Of a stretch of DNA of 64,000 bases, positions 50,131 to 64,000 are shown piece by piece (the first letter of the stretch is position 1; each line of letters opens with the position of its first letter). Under the pieces are notes generated by a model. The model did no database searches and was not told the origin of the DNA. It saw only the letters and a list, made by a program, of their open reading frames with translations. Origin of the DNA: the human T2T-CHM13v2.0 reference genome, Homo sapiens. The stretch lies in assembly GCF_009914755.1 (NCBI RefSeq), contig NC_060931.1. The stretch is one strand, 5' to 3'. The position numbers were made by a program, and so were the translations under genes.

Positions 50131-50315
50131 GAAAACAACTGTTTTGCAAGCGCCACAATGTGATGTGTCTGACTCCTATGCCATGTTCACAAGGAGTCGA
50201 GAGCCTGGAAGCTTTGCACACTACTGCCTGGAAGATCTGATTCTTTGGAAATAAAATATATATATATATTCTGCAGGTTCAAAGCAGAAGTATTATTATA
50301 ATGAGGGAGAAATAA

Positions 50316-50741
<426 letters not shown>

Positions 50742-51099
50742 TGATCTTCAAGGATTTGTTACACCATCACATTCCAAGAAAACCGGTAACTGGGGATCAC
50801 TCTCTATTTTTTAACATTAAAATGTTATTTTTCCCAACACCCTCACAGAATCTGCAGCCCCTGAAGTAGGAGCTCTTCCTGGATGGAGAAAGAAGACAGG
50901 TCGCACACAGGAAGCAATTGCCAAAGCTATTGTTTTCTTTCGTTTGGTTTTTTCTTAAGTATTATAGGCTAACACCTTTGCTTTGGAAGGTAAGAAAAGT
51001 GTCTCATTAAAGTCTATCTATATAGGACAATTTCTATCTCCAGATAATGTTTCTGTCTTAAATAAACCCAGTGGAATGTTTTACAGCGGAACAAGGGCA

Positions 51100-51430
51100 A
51101 GGCCAGACTCAGCGGCTCATGCCTGTAATCCCAGCACTTTGGGAGGCTGAGGCAGGAAGATTCCTTGAGCCCAGGAGTTGGAGACCACCCCTGAGCAACG
51201 TAACAAGACACTGTATCTTAAAAAAAAAAAAATAGAAATTAGCCAGTTCAGTGGTTTGCACTACTCAGCACCAGCTACTCAGGAGGCTGAGGGAGGAGAA
51301 CTGCTTGAACCCAAGAGTTCAAGGCTGCGGTAAGCTATGACTGCACCACCGCACTCCAGCCTGGGCAACAGAGTGAGATGCCGTCTCTTTAAAAGAATAA
51401 ATAAATAAGAAGAAGAAAGGAAAAAAAAAA
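51100..51430 (+). mobile_element. AluJ
   Basis: J diagnostics. Confidence 0.88.
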
Positions 51431-51504
51431 GTAATCATAAGTAATAGCAAGAGAAAGCAATGTCAGTATTTTCTCTCTCTGTGTTCTACCAAATGAGGCA
51501 GTAT

Positions 51505-51620
51505 TATTATTTTATAGAGATAGGATTTTGCTATGTTGCCCAGGCTGGTCTCAAACTCTTGGTCTCAGCAATCCTTCTGCCTCAGCCTCCCGGAGTGCTG
51601 GAATTCCAGGTGTGAGTCAA
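51505..51620 (-). mobile_element. FLAM monomer
   Basis: TSD gaggcagtatta. Confidence 0.75.
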
Positions 51621-51680
51621 CATTTCCAACCGAGGCAGTATTAATTTGACACATAGAAAGATCAACAGAAAATCCAAAGG

Positions 51681-51992
<312 letters not shown>

Positions 51993-52414
51993 TTAGCAAG
52001 GTAATACACTGCAAAAACCCCACACGTGGCTATGAAAACCCCAGGAAATACACACAATCTTCTAAAACAAAGTGCCTTATAATTTCTTTCCTATTTATCA
52101 TTTTATAGTGCTACTTCCATAACACTGAAGTATTTAACGGTATTATTTTGCCTGGTTTTATCATAAAAGCCATTATAATTATTTGGCTAATCATTATTCA
52201 CATCACAGTATAAATCAGGGTAAAATAATTATGCTCAACTTGATTGAGCATAGAAGGAAAATAGAAGCTCAGAGAGATTAAGCAACAGCTCGAGGTGACC
52301 TGGCAAAGTTAGTGACGGAGATAAGAACTGATCCATCTCCTCAATGAAAACCACAGCATTCACTGACTCACGCTACTTCATCAAGACAACTGAGCATTAG
52401 AATGAAAACATTTT

Positions 52415-52719
<305 letters not shown>

Positions 52720-52769
52720 TTAAACGTTTCCAGTCGATGTAGCTAACAATAGATTCATAAGATCATTTA

Positions 52770-54385
<1,616 letters not shown>

Positions 54386-54389
54386 CAGT

Positions 54390-55005
<616 letters not shown>

Positions 55006-55012
55006 CACACAC

Positions 55013-55377
55013 AGGTCAATTTTTGTGTATGATGTGAGGTAAGGGTTGAGACTTATTATTATTCTTTTTTCATAAGGATATCCCATTCATTCTGGCTGGA
55101 TTTCCTATTTTCCAGTCTAGACAAGGCTATCTTTTTTTCCCCATCATCGAATTGTCTTGGCACCTTTGAAGAACATCAGTTGACATGGGTCTATATTTGG
55201 ACTTTCTATTCTGTCTATTGATGTTTATGATTGATTTATAAATATCTGAGTGTACAGCTCACTGAATTCTCACAAACTGAACACACGTATATAATTAGCA
55301 CCCAGGTCAGGAAATAGAGCATGGCCAGTTCCCCAGTCACCTTCTTCATGTGTCCTGCAGGTCATTACCTTATCCTG
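55013..55377 (-). repeat. Inverted duplication, arm 2 (365 bp)
   Basis: reverse complement of 53497-53861. Confidence 0.95.
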
Positions 55378-55513
55378 GCTAATTTTTTATTTTTTATAGC
55401 GATGGGGTCTCGCAATGTTGCCCAGCCTGGTCTCAAATCCTGGGCTCAAGCGATCCTCCAGCCACAGCCTACCGAAGTGCTGGGATTACAGGCGTGGGCC
55501 CCCACACCCAGCC
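55374..55513 (-). mobile_element. Alu left arm, truncated at the duplication breakpoint
   Basis: cctggctaatttttt...gtgctgggattacaggcgtg. Confidence 0.8.
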
Positions 55514-55514
55514 C

Positions 55515-56310
55515 CTACTCCTTAAGTGTGAGCTGTGTGTAGTGACTTCCTTCCAAAGAGTCCAGTATGGAAAGAGAGGAAAAAAAAGTAACTTTACAGT
55601 GGAGAAACCTGACGAACACCATCTCAGCCAGGTGATCAAGGTCAACATCAACAGTGACAAGTCACGCTGATATTAAGAGCATGAAATTTTGACAGGACCC
55701 GATGAGAATGGTACTTCACTTCTGTGGTCTTCCTCTCTAAAATGCATAATCCCAATCTAATCATGACACAAACATCAAACACTTCCAGTGGAGGAACATT
55801 CTACAAATACCTGACCAGTGCTTCTCAAAGCTGTCAAGATCATCAAAAGCAAGGAAAGTCTAAGAAACTGTCACAGCCAAGAGCAACCTAAGGAAATATG
55901 ACAACTAAATGTGATGTCATATCCTGGATGGGATCCTGAAACAGAACATGTCAGTAGGTAAAAAATAAGACAGTGAAAGCATGGACTTGAGTTAGTAACA
56001 GTGTATTAAAATTGCTTCATTAATTGCAACAAATGTACTGCAGTCATGTTAGATGTTGTTAATTGGGGAATCTGGACGTGTGTATGCGTATGTACATGTG
56101 TGTGTGCGCATGTGTGCAAGTGTGCATGTGTGCACGTGTGCCCATGTGTATGTGTGTGCACGTGCATGTGTGTGCGTGTGCCTGCATGTGTGTGCACGTG
56201 TGTGCGCGTGTGGGGGCGGAAGGGGTAACATGGGAACTGTCTGTCCTACCTTGGCAATAATTCCATAAGTCCAAAATTGTTCTAAAAAATAATGTCTATA
56301 ATAAAAAAAA
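55515..56310 (+). mobile_element. L1MC-type 3' UTR
   Basis: aactttacagtggagaaacctga..ccaggtgatcaaggtcaacatcaacagtga; atcctggatgggatcctgaaacag. Confidence 0.8.
56076..56212. repeat. Degenerate (TG/CA)n purine-pyrimidine repeat
   Basis: ~135 nt tgtgtgcatgtgtgcacg array. Confidence 0.9.
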
Positions 56311-56600
56311 AAACAAAAAAGGTTACAGAACAGTGACGAGGTAAACTCTTTTTGGTAAAATTGTGTGTATGTGGATAAATGTGTATTTAAGAGTCTGGAA
56401 TGATGTCAACTAATACAGTATAATTATCTTTCTTTAATAATAAATTATGGTATAATTTATTTCTCTTCTTTTCACCTGGTTGTAATCTTTAAATTTTCTG
56501 CAAAGAATGATGATATGAAAAACATTTATGAGGAAAAGTAAAAGCTTACTTTTTATATTAAAATATTAGTGACTTTAAAAAAGGATTAAACTGACAGTAG

Positions 56601-56940
<340 letters not shown>

Positions 56941-57325
56941 TCTTAATCCACTTCTAAGCACAGGCACTGGTGCTATGTCTGGTTCACTTTCTATTCTTTG
57001 TTCAGATTATTAATATGTCATTTGTGATTTCCACCATCAGGCAACTCTAAAGGGCTGAATATGAAATTTTTCCAGGTTGATGTATAATATAAATATGTTA
57101 CAGAAGACAGGGACAAATCAAAAAGAAATGTCACTAATGTCAGTAACCACAGAAAAATACAAAGTTTTGAAGACTCAGGGTAAAATTTTTCAAAAATTAA
57201 TTCACAAATAAAACAGCTTTTACAGAATCCTGAAAGGGCTCATTCTATTACTCGGTTATTTGCTTCGTTATCTGAAATCTTGTGGCTTTTCATGTCTTTA
57301 TTTAAAAAAAAAATAGTGGCACCAG

Positions 57326-57666
<341 letters not shown>

Positions 57667-57796
57667 TTAGGTTTGAGACTGACAGACTGAACACATGCTG
57701 TGGACTGCCTCTTCTTTGCTATACCAATAGTAATGACAGAATAGATATTTAAGATAAACATATACACAGCTCTACTCACAAAAGGAATCCTTAAAA

Positions 57797-58307
57797 CAGG
57801 GGTCCTCAACCCCCCCTCCCCTGCACCCTCCTCCCCATCCCCCAGGCTGCACAGCAGGAGGTGAGCAGCCAGCAAGCAAGCGAAGCTTCATCTGTGTTTA
57901 CAGCCGCTCCTGATCAACTGGCATTACTGCCTTAGCTCCGCCTCCTGTCACATCAGCCGGGCAGCATTTGATTCTCATAGGAGCATGAACCCTGTTGTGA
58001 ACTGCGCATGCGAGGGGTCTAGGTTGCACCCTTTTATGAGAATCTAATGCCTGATGATCTGTCACTGTCTCCCATCACCCCCACATGGGACTGTCTAGTT
58101 GCAGGAAAACAAGTTCAGGGCTCCCACTGACTCTGCATGGTGAGTTGTAGAATTATTATATATTGCAATGTAATAATAATAGAAATAAAGTGCACTATAA
58201 ATGGAATGCGCTTGAATCATCCCAAAACCATCTCCCCCACCCCTGTCCACGGAAAAATTGTCTTCCATGAAACTGGTCCCTGGTGCCAAAAAGGCTGGGG
58301 ATCACTG
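57797..58307 (+). mobile_element. MER1A (hAT-Charlie) DNA transposon
   Basis: TIRs caggggtcctcaacc / ggctggggatcactg; 8-bp TSD ccttaaaa / ccctaaaa; internal gattctcataggagc..tatgagaatctaatgcc. Confidence 0.85.
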
Positions 58308-58789
58308 CCCTAAAAGATGGAAAGCAAAGGAGCAGAGGGAAATCTTCGCTATTGACAGATGACACAGCCACCCTCAGGCAACTGCCACTACAGGAGGTGG
58401 GACCAACCCTTGGGGGATGCCCAGGTGGGAAGCCGGGAAGCTGAGGCCCAGAGGAGGCCACTAGAGTGATGCCTCGGGCAGGGCGTGTGGCCACAGCAGC
58501 TGCGCTTGGAATCCTCATTGCTTGGCCATGCCCACCCCCCAGTGGAGGTAATGACCAGGCTCGTTCTCCATCTGCAAGACAGAGTATGGAAGCCTGGCTC
58601 TGGGACACAGGGCCATGTTCTGCGCAGGCTGGCAGGTGACTGAAGAACACAGCGTGTCCGGTACACAGCATAAGAGTCCCTCCTGCAGCTCCTCCCCAGC
58701 TCCTCCCCACAGCTCGAAGGAGAAGCAGGAAATCCCAGCTGCAAGAATGAACACAGAACCAAGAACCATTCAACATTTACAAGAAGTCA

Positions 58790-60080
<1,291 letters not shown>

Positions 60081-60084
60081 ACAG

Positions 60085-60375
60085 GCGATGGTAGATTCCT
60101 CCAGTGCTGCCAACATCTCCTTTTCCTGTCCTTCCAGGAAAACAGAAGTCTGCACTTCCCAGCTCCCTGCAAGGGATCACATGACTGGAGTCTCTCTAGC
60201 AAAAGTGCTGTGTGTCACTTCCGGACCACAATACAGAGGAGCAGGTAAGAGATCTCCAAGCCTCAGTGAAGCCCGAAGCCACCGAACTCCTATCGGCCTT
60301 GATATCTGAATGACTGGGTGGAAAACAGCTCCCCCTGACCCCCAACTCACAATGAACATGGGCAGAAATTAAATC
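60085..60375 (+). mobile_element. MLT1-type (ERVL-MaLR) LTR fragment
   Basis: cacttcccagctccctgc..cacatgactg..gtgctgtgtgtcacttcc motifs. Confidence 0.55.
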
Positions 60376-60533
60376 ATAGTTACCTGGGGCAGGGGTCCGG
60401 GAGTGGAGAAGGATGGCGCAGGGAGGATCCCAGGCTTGGAAGAGGTGGACGAGGAGGCCTTTAGCCTAGCATTTTTGTCTTTCCACAAAGAGAATGCATG
60501 TATACATTGCTTCTTAATTAAAAATAAATCTTG

Positions 60534-60730
60534 GGTCAGGTACAGTGGTTCATGTCTATAATCGCAGCAGTCTGGGAGACCGAGGCAGGAATATCGCTTG
60601 AAGCCAAGAGTTTGAGACCAGCCCAGGCAACATAGCAAGATTCCATCTTTACCAAAAATACTGTTTTAAGTTAGCTGGGCATGGTGACACACATCTGTTA
60701 GTTTCAGCTCCTTGGGAGGCTGAAGCGGGG
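60534..60730 (+). mobile_element. AluJ, 3' truncated
   Basis: left arm plus part of right arm. Confidence 0.8.
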
Positions 60731-60734
60731 ATGT

Positions 60735-62320
<1,586 letters not shown>

Positions 62321-62334
62321 TTATTTTCAGTAGA

Positions 62335-62545
62335 TTAGGGTTTGCATAGGATGGTGGGGCGGGGACAGGAAATAAGGGGACCTGGGCATAACAGCTAAGG
62401 GATACATGGTTTCTTTTGGGAGTAAAGAAAATGTTCTATAATTGATTGTGGTGACGGTTGCACAACTCTGACTACACTAAAAACCACAGAATGGTACATT
62501 TAAAATGGTGACTTTTATAGTATGTGAGTTATCTCAATAAAAATG
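62335..62545 (+). mobile_element. L1MB-type 3' end
   Basis: gtttcttttggg..aaatgttct..gtggtgacggttgcacaactctg..tatctcaataaa. Confidence 0.75.
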
Positions 62546-63575
62546 TTACCAAATGAAAGAGAGAACCTTGTTAACTAGATAAAACAAACTCTTAGCATTT
62601 TGTACTGTTCCATTTACCTCCGTATGAAAAAAGTTCCACATCCTCAGGCCAATGTCAAAAAGACACTGTTTAGATAATAATGATTTACTTGGAAACATTA
62701 ACTCCTGTTAAATTAGTCTAAAACAAAGTATGATATGACTGCCACAATATTAAACTAGGAGAAGAGAAAACATAAACCCCTGCTGTTTGCTTTTGTAAAT
62801 TATTCAATGGAATGTTGATGGAGTACATTTGGGATTCACAAATAAATAACCTACCCATTATAAACAAACCAACTACAATCTTGGGCAATGATTTCAAAAT
62901 TACTGAAGTAGTCTCTAAGTAAAATCCCTGTTTCCTGTGTTGATTCAAATCCAATTTATTCTTAATACATTATTAAAATCCATCTTGATTTTTCAAGGAT
63001 CTCGACTGCCTACAAACTGCATTCTTTGGATTTCAAACCCCCCCAAAATGCAGTTTCTCTTGATCTACTTTGGCAACCTTATCATTCAAATATGGTTTGT
63101 TTAATGGTTCACAGACCAGGACATGGAAATGTTTACTTTTGGGTCTTTCTTTGTGTTGCATGTTGGCTGCCCCCTTTCGATAACATCCAGCCAATATTTC
63201 AGCTAGAATGTGGGCTCCACAGGAGTGCACAGCACATAGTAGGCACTTGATCGATATTTGCTGATGAGCGCCACTTGATATTGTATGCCTGACTCTGTGT
63301 TAAGCACTTCCCCTACATTATCTCCTGTATTTCCTCCACAAACTGTGTGAAGAAACTATCAGTCTAACAGATTACTTGTCCAAGACTGCACACATTGAAC
63401 CACTCACTGTCCAGTGACTTCTGAAATCCTAGTCATTCTTCAGGTTACTGCTCAAATCCTATCTCCTCTCCAATGTCTAGAGCCAACAATGATTCTCCTT
63501 TCTCTACACTGCTTAAGTACTTCCTGCCTTTGACACATAAATCTATATTACCTTGAATTATTTCTTTAAGTAGAC

Positions 63576-63991
<416 letters not shown>

Positions 63992-64000
63992 GACTTTATT

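Noticed and set aside
56006-56274. His/Thr- and Cys/Val-rich ORFs on both strands
   Set aside because: Translations of the TG/CA repeat
58195-58776. 193-aa minus-strand ORF
   Set aside because: Non-ATG start, runs into MER1A, no recognisable protein features
60376-60400. atagttacctggggcagggg resembles the U1 snRNA 5' end
   Set aside because: Similarity stops after ~20 nt; context fits an old L1 3' end

Overview
Human genomic DNA (primate Alus, including a human-specific AluYa8) covering most of SMURF1, the C2-WW-WW-HECT E3 ubiquitin ligase at 7q22, on the minus strand. Coding exons 2-19 can be placed to the base, and all introns are GT-AG. They total 2219 coding nt; with the 55-nt coding exon 1 recalled from the known N-terminus (outside the window, beyond 64000) this gives 758 codons, i.e. 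757 aa plus stop. The 3' UTR is about 3.1 kb and ends near an AATAAA at 6777-6782. The rest is intron or intergenic sequence dominated by about 60 Alus, old L1M fragments, L2, MIR, MER1A, MER2, MER21 and an MLT1 LTR. I see no new gene system. The strongest unexplained structures are: (i) a 365-bp, ~97% identical non-Alu inverted duplication in intron 1; (ii) several Alu-centred patch insertions of foreign or locally copied DNA that look like templated double-strand-break repair; (iii) a rare AluYa8 insertion; (iv) isoform switches readable in the sequence (78-nt cassette exon, 9-nt tandem acceptor, catalytic Cys codon split by the last intron, proximal poly(A) signal upstream of the miRNA sites). 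Repeat boundaries and subfamily names were assigned by eye and are approximate.
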